Source of the DNA: Macrostomum lignano
Lineage: Eukaryota
Assembly: GCA_002269645.1 (NCBI GenBank)
Contig: NIVC01000925.1
Location: 1-64,000 of the forward strand
Reading direction: 5' to 3'
Length of the DNA stretch: 64,000 bases
Position 1 is the first letter of the stretch; each line of letters opens with the position of its first letter. The translations under genes and the position numbers were made by a program. Shown here in pieces: positions 23,946-36,700 of this stretch. The notes below the pieces were generated by a model. That model saw only the letters and a list, made by a program, of their open reading frames with translations, was not told where the DNA came from and ran no database searches.

Positions 23946-25509
23946 GATGTGTCTGAACTCTAAAATAAAGGTATATAGGTCATACAGTTATATTGTCTTT
24001 CCAAAATTATAAAATAAATATTCTTTATAGTCCAATAGTTCATATACTGGTCTTTTTATTTATGTCATGGATCTATCTTGAATCATGATTTATCTTTACC
24101 AAAATATCTAATTACATACCCAAATCCAGAAGGAAATTTCAGCTATAATACTCAAGTTTGCCCTTTGGAATGTTGTCATGAGACCTTGCTTGAAGAGAAA
24201 GACTTAAGTCAGAAAGTGTCAGGTTTTAAAATACCCCAACCCAACATCATATGATACAGCCAAATTTTAATGGGTACCCATGGTATGTCATCTAAATTAA
24301 CACATTTTCAACCAAATAGAAAAATTAGTCTAGGCTAAGCTATCAAGAATGTGATAGTTTGGTCAATGAATCAGGCATAATATAGAAGTATGTTACAAAA
24401 TGAGTCTAGATAACTGCCACAGTACTATTCCAGTGATCAGTATTGTCTTCAGTCTTGGATATTGAACTTGAACAAATAAACTTACAGTAAAGAAATGATA
24501 TAGTTACTTTTTGTCTTTTTACTTATAGTATTTTGTCTTTTTACAAAACATATCATAAAAATTCCAGATAAGAGTGAGACCATTAGTCCTATGATGCCTG
24601 TCTGCCTGACATTAAAGTATTATGATTTATGAATCAGGAATATAGGATACCAGTACCACATCACATATGAAAAATTATAATTGATGAATTATGAGAATTT
24701 ATGACTTTCATTGCTTCATAGCTTTTGCTTATGATGATAATAAACAGGTCAGACTGGTCAGTGCTCTTGCCTTTTGCTAAAAACTATATTGCTTAAAAAA
24801 CAAAGTCAAAGATGAATATAATATTTTCATTTTCAGATTTCACATTTTCATATTTTCAGATATATAATTAGATTAGACACTTCGTATTTATATTTTATCT
24901 GTTTAGTCGAATAGTCGTTTCAGAGTACAGTACAGGAACAGAACAGGCTGAACAGCAGGAAGACAGTAACTGAGTAAGTTCAGTAAGTTAGGATTAGGAA
25001 CTAAATAACTAATTACTAAATGCAAAATTTGCAGCAAGAGATTTTCAATATATATATTATATAAACATTCACCCGATTCTTAGAATTCATTTTTAAAAAC
25101 GTTATTCGTAATAAGTTCTTTGATTCTATAAATTAGGCTAATGGTGTTTTCCAAGATAAATAATTACATTCCAGCTTTCCAAAATTGTTAGGATTCGTTA
25201 TCGCCCAGGCCCAGTTCGCGGTTTGTCCTCAAAGGGTGACCACCCTTACAGCCTACAGGCCCTACCGGGTGACCACCCCCCTGAGGTCTCAGGTGACCAC
25301 CCCCCTGAGGTCTCAGGTGACCACCCCCATGCCCCATGGGGTGACCACACTTTTGAAAAAATATGGTAAAGTACCAATTTTTTTAAGTGGGTGGTCACCC
25401 CCTAGGGGTGGTCACCCCCTGAGGGTGGTGAGGGGTGGTCACCCGGGGGCTCAAAGCATGAGAAATGATAACAACTACGTCCCAAGAACTGGCTTTCGAA
25501 GCTGCGAAG

Positions 25510-26809
25510 CAGGGATCGGCAGATTTTTACCTCAAAGGCCAGATAAAGAATCCAACTCATGGCTGCGCTGCGGGCCAGATGCGAGTGGAAAGGAGAAGGA
25601 ATAGACTGGTAGAAAGAGAGGAGGGGCGAGAGGGGGATAAGAGAAAATATAGAAGATAACAGGAGAGACGAGGGGGTGAGGAGAGAGCAGAGAATATGGG
25701 AGGAAGAAGCGAGAGGAGGGGAGAGAGGAGAGAGAAAAGAGTAGAGGTGAGAAGAGGGAGGGAGAAGAGGGGAGAGATAAGACAGAGGATCGATGAGAGA
25801 GGAGAGTATAGAAGAGTGAGATGAGAGTAGAGATGAGAAAACAGAGAGGAGATCGAGAGGAGAGATTAGAAAGGATAGAGAGGAGATGAGAGGGGGAGAG
25901 AGGAGAAAGAGAGAGAGTTGAGAAAGAAGAGAGGAGAAAGGAGAGATGATAGAGTGAAGGGAAGAGGAGGAGAGAAGAAAGAGATGAGAGAGATGAAAGG
26001 AAAGATGAGAGATTAAGGAATAGAGATCAGGGTGTGCAGAAAGACGAGAGAAGAGAATAGAGGGGAGAGAGTATAAAAGAGGAAAGAGAAGAGAGGAGTA
26101 AGGAAAGAGGAGTCAGAAGAGGGGAAAATACACAGGAGAGAGGAGAGACAGAAGAGAGAGGGGGATGAGAGAGCAAAGATGAGAATGAACAGACGATATA
26201 TGAGAGGAGAGAGAAGAGTGGAGAGGGAAGAGAGAAGACAAGAGAGGGAGAGAGTTTAGAAGAGGGAAGAGAAGAGAAAAGAAGAAAGGAAAGAGGAGTC
26301 ACAAGAGGGGAAAGAGAAGAGTACAGTGGAGAGAGGTGAGACAACATACGAGTATAAGAGAGTAAAGATGAGAGATGAGAGAGGGGAGATGAGATAGCAG
26401 AAACGAGAGTAAACAGACAAGAGATGGGAGAGTAGAGAGAAAATAAGAAAGATAAGAAATAAGAGATGAGACAAAGGGAGAGAAAGGTGAGTGAGGAGAG
26501 AGGAGGGGGAAGAGAATCAAGAGAAGAGGGGAAAGGACTAGAGAGGAGAGGAAAGAGGGGAGAGATTAGAGAGGAGAAAAGAGATGAGACAAGAGAGAGC
26601 AGGGAGATGAGAGAGAAAAGATGAGAAAAGAATAGAGGGGAGAAGGGAGAGATGAGAGAAGAGGGGACAGGAGAAGAAAGAAGAGAGGAGAGGAGAGAGA
26701 GAAGAGATGGGAGAGAAGAGAGGGAACAGAAGAGAAAATAGAAGTTTCAAAGAATCCAAGGGACATAGGGAGAGGCAGAGGTAGAGACCAGAGTTTGCCT
26801 GACATTCTG
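25510..26809. mobile_element. Possible Charlie/MER58-like hAT MITE with a 1.15-kb purine-rich interior
   Basis: Left end CAGGGATCGGCAGATTTTT...GGCCAGATA...GCGGGCCAGAT; GA-rich tract 25590-26745; weak right end ccagagtttgcctgacattctg. Confidence 0.4.
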
Positions 26810-27772
26810 CGCAGAACCCAAGACAACAATATCAATGTTTGCCTCAAATCCTAATTTTACACGAATGTACTCTATTTTATTTAACTCTATCCTAACTATT
26901 AACAAGTTTTTTGTTTGAGTTTGACCTCAGATTTTAGAATACATGCAAAAATAGTTCCAGGGATTGGAATTCGCCAGGTTCAAAATCTGAAGGTTTCAAC
27001 AGCTTGTTATATTTATAGGCTTTTAAATTGAAATTATTTGCCTAGACTAAAATGGAATCTTTGCATGACAGTTTTGGAACAGAAAGTTGCATGCAAGTTT
27101 TAGGATTATCTATTATAAAATATTCAAATGTGCAAAACTAGAGGATTGCCAAGTTTTTTGTGGTTGCAACAATAAAAAAACAATGTTTATACATACTATA
27201 ACAATCTTATCATATCCACTTCATCTTTATGATATCTTGCTATAAAAGGAAGTTCTGATCTTTATTCTAAATAAACACTATCCTGACTAGACTAGGGGCA
27301 AAGTGCTATATTTTCAACTTCAATCGTGCAATTCTAAGTTTTCTTGTTGTTATAAAGTTGGGCGAGTTTACCATGAAATATGCAGGCAAGTACATAAGTT
27401 TTCTAGATTCCTGCAATGTCTTCTTACAACTATATCTTAAGTCTATTTTTTATTGTAAGTCTAATTGGGTATCTTTCTTAAATAGACCTACTATCACTTC
27501 AATGCTAGATGTTTTGGTGCCAGATACTTTGGTGTCAGGTCACTTTTGTGCCAGGTTTTATTGTATACTAAAGTGAATGTGCCTAACCCAATATGCCAAA
27601 AACAAGTACTTCTAATACTCTTATAGTAGATACTCGCACCTATCTATCTGTCTATCTATTTATCTATTTATCTATCTATCTATTTATCTATCTATCTAAT
27701 CTCAAAGGCAAGAATAGAGCTCTAATAGAAATGTACATATATATTCATGCAGCCTAAACTGTTATAAAAAAG

Positions 27773-30700
27773 ATGCACACTTTGAAATTATTGATTCGGC
27801 CATGTCTGCTTCTATCACTGCTGTTGCTGTTGTTGCTATGCACTTCAACATTGGCCGCATCTGGCAGCGAAGACTATTATACCTTGCTTGGCGTGTCTAG
27901 AACAGCCACCGCTGCACAGATTAAAAAGGCCTTCAAAAAGCTCGTGATGGAGAAACACCCGGATAGGAATAAAGCAGACCCTGGAGCCAATGCTCTGTTC
28001 ATGCGAATAAATCGAGCCTATGAAGTTTTGAAAAGTCCCGAACTACGCGAACGCTACGATCGATTTGGCGAGGCCGGCATTAAAGCCCACGAAGAGGAGG
28101 GCCAGCAGTACGAACGGGCGCACGGGGCTGAGAAAGCTGGCGGTCTGTTTGCCGACGATCCTCAGATTGTCAAACTAACCCCGGAAAGATACGAATCTGT
28201 TTCTAGGAATGTCGGCGAAGGTGGAGACGGCCAGATTTGGTTTGTTAATTTCTACGCTTCGCAAGTGACTCGAAGCGAGAAATTTGCTCAAATGGTTAGT
28301 GGAGATATATCACAGATACTCGGGAAAATTCGCTTATCTTTATTTCCTTAATTCTTGCCTTGAGATACAAAATTTAATAAATTTTACAAGATTATGCAAA
28401 GTTTTTGAAGCTGCAACAAAGTTATCTGGCTTTCGACAAGCAGACCTGTGATTAAATTTGCATCTTCACCCCGTTCAAAGCTGCACTCAAATCCACAGCG
28501 CGTGTGCATAGCGAGCAGCAGAAAAAGTGACGCTCCAGCCCCCAGCCAGGCCGATAAACAGTGGTTTTCCTCTTACCTCGTGTCTGACTGACTTTGACCT
28601 CTCTCCTTATGTACTGCTCGCTCATTGGCTGAGCTGAATTGGGCCTGCCCCCTAGGCTGAGTTTCGTCCGTCTGACTTTAACCTCTCTCCTTACTGCTCG
28701 CTCATTGGTTTAGCTAAATTGAGTCTGCGCTCTGCCCCTAGGCTGATTTTTGTCCGTCTGACTTTGACCTCTCTCCTTACTGCTCGCTCATTGGCTGAGC
28801 TGAATTGGGCCTGCCCCCCTAGGCTGAGTTTCGTCCGTCTGACTTTAACCTCTCTCCTTACTGCTCGCTCATTGGCTGAGCTAGATTGAGTCTGCGCTCT
28901 GCCCCTAGGCTGATTTTTGTCCGTCTGACTTTGACCTCTCTCCTTACTGCTCGCTTATTGGCTGAGCTGGATTGGGCCTGCCCCCTAGGCTGGGTTTCGT
29001 CCGTCTTGCGTTCACTTGTGTACATTGAATTAAATGCTTGCTGTTCATTCTTAACCCCATGTACCTCTGAGGCTGCAAACCGCAAGGCAAGAAGGGAAAT
29101 TGTTGCTCCCACAATAAATTTAAATAATGCTGCGCAGACAAACTACTGAAAAAATAGTAGACTACATTTTCGCAACTACTGGCACAGCTGGCAGCGCCCA
29201 GATTAATTCTGCTCATTCCACTGACTGTTGAGCGCACACAAGCGCTCCAATACTATACATAGGCACGCTCTCATACACACGCTCACACAGGGTGTAAAGC
29301 GGCCCTGACATGTACACTCTGGTCTTCATTGGTCCCTCAACTCTGTTGTATTGTTTTGTCGATTCTGAAGGCAGTGTATTGTAAGTTTTATTGGTAAAAG
29401 ATGGCGACACAAAGCAGAAAAATTCCAATTGCCAGTGTTAAACGAATTGTTACTTAACTTTTTATAAACAATATTGTTTTATTATTTATCTTGTATCATT
29501 ATTATAATTATGCAGTGGCGCGAGGTTGGTCACGAATTGGAGGACGTTATCCGCGTGGCTGCAATCGACTGCCAAGAGGCCGGCTACCTGTGCGAGAATA
29601 TTCCCGAACTGCGAAACGCCGAGCCGCCCGTCTTCTTTTTCTATCCTGTAATTAGGCAATTAGTAATTGTTTAAATTGTGTGTCTGTATAGACAGACAGG
29701 CAGACAGACAGACAGACAAGTAGACAGACTCTAAGACAGACAGACAGAAGACAGACAAGTAGACAGACACTAAGACAGACAGACAGGCAGACAGGTAGAC
29801 AGACACTAAGACAGACAGACAGGCAGACAGGTAGACAGACACTAAGACAGACAGACAGGTAGACAGACACTAAGACAGACAGACAGGCAGACAGGTAGAC
29901 AGACACTAAGACAGACAGACAATTCGATAGACACTTTGACAGACAGACAGACAAATCCAGGACACTCAAGCAGACTACCTGACTGAGACAAATTTAGATA
30001 TTTCAATTAGCATAGCAACTCATCTTGCACAATCTGAATTGACCCGCAGGGCCACCGCATGTACACGGGCCCGCTAACAAAAGAGTCTTTATTGGACGCC
30101 GCTCTGCGCCGTATCGAACAAAGCCACGTCGAACTAACCGAATCGAATGTACTGAGCCGCCTGTCCGATCAATCGGCCCCGGCGCACTGGCTTGTGACTT
30201 TCTGCGGCGGTCGTGGCGCTGTGGACTGTTTCAGTCAGAGAACGCTGAAAAAGCTTGCCTTCGTGTTTCACGGCTACGTTGGCGTCGGCCGGGTCGACTG
30301 TGGTCAAGACGCCGCCCTGTGTAGTCGGTTGAACCCGGCGTCATCTGCCACTAGCGGCGCCGGAGCTGATGGCGCGCACGCGCCCTCTGCTCGCCTGTTT
30401 GTGAACGCCAACAGCGGCGGCGTAGATCTGGACGCTCTCGGAGCTGCCGGACTGCCTGTGACATCGCTGCACACTCAGGAGACCGTGCGCGGAGTGCTGA
30501 GGCTGCTGCCGCCGCTGCCCGCTGATGAAGGTCGGGTTGCTGACCGACTAGCTACTGCCGTGTTTGATGTGAGTTGTTTTTGACGGCGGGATTCTGAGGA
30601 ATAGTGGGATTTTTAATTGATAGGGAAATTCTGAGGGGATGGGGCGATTCTAAGGGGATGAGGAGATTCTGAGGGGATGGGGAGATTCTGAGGGGATTGG

Positions 30701-33700
30701 GAGATTCTGGGGATGGGAGATTCTGAGGGGATTAGGAGATTCTGAGAGTATAAGGAGATTATGAGAGTATGGGGCGATTCTGAGGGTATTGGGAGATTCT
30801 GAGGGGATGGGGATTCTAAGTGGATGGGGTGATTCTGAGGGGATGGGGAGATTCTGAGGGGATGGGGAGATTCTGATGGGATTAGGGAGATTATGAGAGT
30901 ATGGGGAGATTCTGAGAGTATGGGGAGATTCTGAGGAGATTATTCGATGCTGAGGGGATGGGGAGATTCTGAAGGGATGGGGAGATTCTGGAGGGATGGG
31001 AGATTCTGAGAGTATGGGGAGATTCTGAGTATTGGGAGATTCTGAGGAATTGAGACGATGCTGAAGGTATTGGGAGATTATGAGGGGATGGGGAGATTTT
31101 TATGGGATAGGGAGATTCTGGGGGATGGGGATTCTAAGTGGATGGGGAGATTCTGAGGGGATGGGGATTCTGAGGGTATGGGGCAGGATTCTGAACGGAT
31201 AAGGAGTTGCTGAGGGAATGGGGTGATTTTGAAAGGATGGCTGGATTCTGCGTGAAAGAGACTCCATCTTTTTGAGAACAGGATATAAAGGGAATTCCGA
31301 TGGGATTAGAAATTTTAATGCATGGGGATGTGCAGAAGCAGAGGATGTTTAAATCGTATTTTATTCCCGCCTTTGTCTCTAGGGCGGTTCTCTCCGCCAA
31401 GCTCACCTGCTACTACTCGACGAAGCTTCATCATCCACTTCGTCGAACGCCGACGCCCAGCTCAAACGCCTCGAGCCGTTGCTGAAGCCTCATAAAATTC
31501 GAGTTGCTCGTCTCGCCTGCGGTAACTCAGCTGATCAATCGACTCGCAATCTGTGTCAGCGACTGCCAATTCTTCGCAGTGCCAAGAAACAGCAGCACCA
31601 GCCTGCCGCGGTGCTGATCAAACGAACTGGCGATTTTGAAGTTTATTATGGTGAGTGAGACTGTTGATAGAGTTGCACAGATACAGATGAGAGTGATAGA
31701 GATGCTGAGGTGCTGGCGCCCCTGGTGCTAAAGCCCCTGGTGCTGGCGCCCCTGGTGCTGGCGCCCCTGGTGCTAAAGCCCCTGGTGCTGGCGCCCCTGG
31801 TGCTAAAGCCCCTGGTGCTAAAGCCTTTGGTGCTGGCGCGCCAGCACAAGGGCACAAAACTTTTGGGCGCCATTGCCAGTCATTGGCCACGCCCTAGCTC
31901 AGCATCTTGATCACCATATAGCTGTCACGCACCCGTTTCAGGCGAAGTTCACTACATGGACATCAAAGAGTTCGCATTGGCCGCCATCGCCAATCCAATG
32001 ACCGGACTGACAGGCGAGACTTTTGCCAATCTGGTGGATTCCGCGCCTGACGGCACCTATTGGTTCTTGGACTTTTTTGCTCCGGTAAGTGCTTGCATTT
32101 TTATAGGGCGAAGTGACGGTTGGTACGGATAAGAGAGGGAGGTATGGGCTAGGGCTCAGAGAGGGAGGTAAAGATGAGAGAGGTAGGATAGGGATGAGAG
32201 AGACAGGTAGGGATGAGAGAGACAGGTAGGGATGAGAGAGACAGGTAGGGATGAGAGAGACAGGTAGGGATGAGAGAGACAGGTAGGGATGAGAGAGACA
32301 GGTAGGGTTGAGAGAGACAGGTAGGGATGACAGAGGGGGCTGGGATGAGAGAGACCGGTGGTGATGAGAGAGACAGACAGACAGGGATGATAGAGGGGGC
32401 TGGGATGAGAGTGACAGGTGGTGATGAGAGTGACAGGTGGTGATGAGAAAGACAGGTAGGGATGAGAGAGACAGGTAGGGTTGAGAGAGACAGGTAGGGA
32501 TGACAGAGGGGGCTGGGATGAGAGAGACCGGTGGTGATGAGAGAGACAGACAGACAGGGATGATAGAGGGGGCTGGGATGAGAGTGACAGGTGGTGATGA
32601 GAGTGACAGGTGGTGATGAGAAAGACAGGTAGGGATGAGAGAGACAGGTAGGGATGAAAGAGGGGGCTGGGATGAGAGTGACAGGTGGTGATGAGAGAGA
32701 CAGACAGGTAGGGATGACAGAGGGGGCTGGGATGAGAGAGACAGGTGGTGATGAGAGAGACAGGTGGTGATGAGAAAGACAGACAGACAGGGATGATAGA
32801 GGGGGCTGGGATGAGAGTGACAGGTGGTGATGAGAGTGACAGGTGGTGATGAGAAAGACAGGTAGGGATGAGAGAGACAGGTAGGGTTGAGAGAGACAGG
32901 TAGGGATGAGAGAGACAGGTAGGGATGAAAGAGGGGGCTGGGATGAGAGTGACAGGTGGTGATGAGAGAGACAGACAGGTAGGGATGACAGAGGGGGCTG
33001 GGATGAGAGAGACAGGTGGTGATGAGAGAGACAGGTAGGGATGAGAGAGACAGGTAGGGTTGAGAGAGACAGGTAGGGATGAAAGAGGGGGCTGGGATGA
33101 GAGTGACAGGTGGTGATGAGAGAGACAGACAGGTAGGGATGACAGAGGGGGCTGGGATGAGAGAGACAGGTGGTGATGAGAGAGACAGGTGGTGATGAGA
33201 AAGACAGACAGACAGGGATGATAGAGGGGGCTGGGATGAGAGTGACAGGTGGTGATGAGAGTGACAGGTGGTGATGAGAAAGACAGGTAGGGATGAGAGA
33301 GACAGGTAGGGTTGAGAGAGACAGGTAGGGATGAGAGAGACAGGTAGGGATGAGAGAGACAGGTAGGGATGAGAGAGACAGGTAGGGATGAGAGAGACAG
33401 GTAGGGATGAGAGAGACAGGTAGGGTTGAGAGAGACAGGTAGGGATGAGAGAGACAGGTAGGGATGAAAGAGGGGGCTGGGATGAGAGTGACAGGTGGTG
33501 ATGAGAGAGACAGACAGGTAGGGATGACAGAGGGGGCTGGGATGAGAGAGACAGGTGGTGATGAGAGAGACAGGTAGGGATGAGAGAGACAGGTAGGGTT
33601 GAGAGAGACAGGTAGGGATGAAAGAGGGGGCTGGGATGAGAGTGACAGGTGGTGATGAGAGAGACAGACAGGTAGGGATGACAGAGGGGGCTGGGATGAG

Positions 33701-36700
33701 AGAGACAGGTGGTGATGAGAGAGACAGGTGGTGATGAGAAAGACAGACAGACAGGGATGATAGAGGGGGCTGGGATGAGAGTGACAGGTGGTGATGAGAG
33801 TGACAGGTGGTGATGAGAAAGACAGGTAGGGATGAGAGAGACAGGTAGGGTTGAGAGAGACAGGTAGGGATGAGAGAGACAGGTAGGGATGAGAGAGACA
33901 GGTAGGGATGAGAGAGACAGGTAGGGATGAGAGAGACAGGTAGGGATGAGAGAGACAGGTAGGGATGAGAGAGACAGGTAGGGATGAAAGAGGGGGCTGG
34001 GATGAGAGTGACAGGTGGTGATGAGAGTGACAGGTGGTGATGAGAGAGACAGGTGGTGATGAGAGAGACAGGTGGTGATGAGAGTGACAGGTGGTGATGA
34101 GACGAGAGACAGGTGGTGATGAGAGAGACAGGTGGTGATGAGAGAGACAGGTATACCTACGTAGAGATGAGAAGAATCAGTGCAGAAGGGGGAGATGGAT
34201 GAGAAAGGAGATAGAAGAGATGTGTTACAGAAGGGGGGACAGGAGCAGCAGAATCAAGGAGAGAGACAGGTTATCAATAATATCAGTGGTATAGTGCTAG
34301 CAGTCCAGTCCCCATCAAGGCCACACCGTGCATCTCTACCTACCAAAACCCCCACCCCTCCACCCAGTGGTGCCCGCCCTGCATGAAGGCTCTGCCGCAG
34401 TTCCGCGAAGCGGCCCGCCTCTACGAATCCGAACTGGGCGTCGACCTGCCAGCCGGGGTTCGTCTACGCTTCGGCGCAATCGACTGCACTATTGACAAAG
34501 CGTTGTGCAACAGGTTCTCAATCAATAGTTATCCCACACTGCTGCTGCTGTTGAAGGGCAATTCAAAGCGAGTGAAATTTCGCGGCTCAAAATTTGCTCA
34601 CCAAATGCTGGCTTTTGCCGAAGCGTTTGTTAAACCGGCGGCAGTGTATTTCAATCCTGATAGCTTCGAGAACACGGTGGCTGTCAGCAAGCGGACTCAC
34701 GTCTGGCTGGTGTACTTTCATTCCGTTAATTGCCAGCCGTGCGTTGAGTTTATGCCCGAGCTGAATGCCTTGGCTAAGGTTTGTGTGTACTGTGTAATAA
34801 ATGTATGGGGAAAATTTCTTATCTAGGGTGTTTTGGATAAAATCGGAATGATTTCCCAATGGGATATTTTGGAATGGTATGGGATTATTTCCTAGTGGGA
34901 TATTTTGGAATGGGATAGGATGATTTCCCAAATGGGATATTTTGGAATGGGATAGGATGATTTCCCAAATGGGATATTTTGGAATGAGATACGATGATTT
35001 CCCAATGGGATATTTTGGAATGGGATAGGATGATTTCCCAATGGGATATTTTGGAATGGTAAAGGATGATTTCCCAATGGGATATTTTGGAATGGGATAG
35101 GATGATTTCCCAATGGGATATTTTGGAATGGGATAGGATGATTTCCCAATGGGATATTTTGGAATGAGATAGGATGATTTCCCAATGGGATATTTTGGAA
35201 TGGGATAGGATGATTTCCCAATGGGATATTTTGGAATGAGATAGGATGATTTCCCAATGGGATATTTTGGAATGGTAAAGAATGATTTCCTAGTGGGATA
35301 TTTTGGAATGGGCTAGGATGATTTCCTAGTGGGATATTTTGGAATGGGATAGGATGATTTCCTAGTGGGATATTTTGGAATGGGATAGGATGATTTCCTA
35401 GTGGGATATTTTGGAATGGGATAGGATGATTTCCTAGTGGGATATTTTGGAATGGGATAGGATGATTTCCTAGTGGGATATTTTGGAATGGGATAGAATG
35501 ATTTCCCGAATGGGATATTTTGGAATGGGATAGGATGATTTCCCAATGGGATATTTTGGAATGGGATAGGATGATTTCCCAAAGGGATATTTTGGAATGG
35601 GATAGGATGATTTCCCGAATGGGATATTTTGGAATGGGATAGGATGATTTCCTAGTGGGATATTTTGGAATGGTAAAGAATAATTTCTTAAAGGGATATT
35701 TTTAACCGGGATGATTTCCCAATGGGAAAATTAGTATAGTCATAAAACTTCTAACATGCTTGGTAACTGCCCTCAGCTGTCTATGGAAAGTTAAAATCCT
35801 TTCCATTCGCTCCAACAGAACTTTCAAGGCCATCGGCATATTCGCATTGGCGCTGTGGATTGCGTCACTCATCCAAATCTGTGCAGCAGGAACGGAATCC
35901 GGTCCTATCCAACCATCAGGGCCTATCCAGTGGATAAAACTGGACCAGACGATTATTTGTAAGCAGTTTAGTTTCTATCAATATTAACTTTTTTTGCGTT
36001 TTCATCCTAGTAGTCTACTAATAGTAGAAATTTTATAAAATTACCAGTAAATATAATGATACGTTTAATACTGGATGCTTTATAACTTCACTACTTACAG
36101 TAAACATAGAAATTTGCTTGCTTATTTCAGCGACTACAACAGTCCGTTCCGCAACAGCGATTCCATTGCTAGCTGGCTGGAAACCTTCTCGCCCCAGTCT
36201 ATACTGATGTTTAATAGTCGATCATTGTTTCAATCGGAATTGGCCTCCGACGAGCCCTGGGTTGTGTACTTTTATGCCGACTGGTGCGGGCCCTGCCAGG
36301 CGTTTGCGCCGACGTTTAAAGCTGTTGCCAACGTGAGTTCAAAGCGATCAAACTGAGCTGAGAATCGCCCCTAAATTGACCTAAGAATCATTTCTAAGCT
36401 AACCTCAGAATCACTCCTAAACTAACCTGAAATTCATTTCTAAACTGACTTAAAATAATTCCTAAACTAACTTAAGAATCACTCCTAAACTGACCTAAGA
36501 ATTGCTCTTAAACTGACCTAAGAATACTCCTAAAGTGATCTAAGAATCGCTCCCAAAGTGATCTAAGAATCGCTCCCAAAGTGATCTAAGAATCGCTCTT
36601 AAACTGACCTAAGAATACTCCTAAAGTGATCTAAGAATCGCTCCTAATAAACTAACCTAAAAATCACTCCTAATCTGACCTAAGAATCGCTCTTAAACTG

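Larger units (their letters stand above)
19101..25450 (-). mobile_element. hAT (Tip100/ZMYM1-like) DNA transposon, inactive
   Basis: Terminus CAGTGGCGGCGC at 19101 with GGGTGGTCACCC subterminal motifs. The same motif is repeated in both orientations at about 25230-25445. Transposase pseudogene in between. The opposite TIR was not found, so the right boundary is approximate. Confidence 0.7.

Noticed and set aside
25185-25604. 139-aa ORF with VTTP repeats
   Set aside because: Translation of the hAT subterminal GGGTGACCACCC motifs.
26027-26847. Leu/Ser-rich minus-strand ORFs (also 54238-54798 and 56189-56979)
   Set aside because: Artefacts of GA/TC low-complexity tracts.
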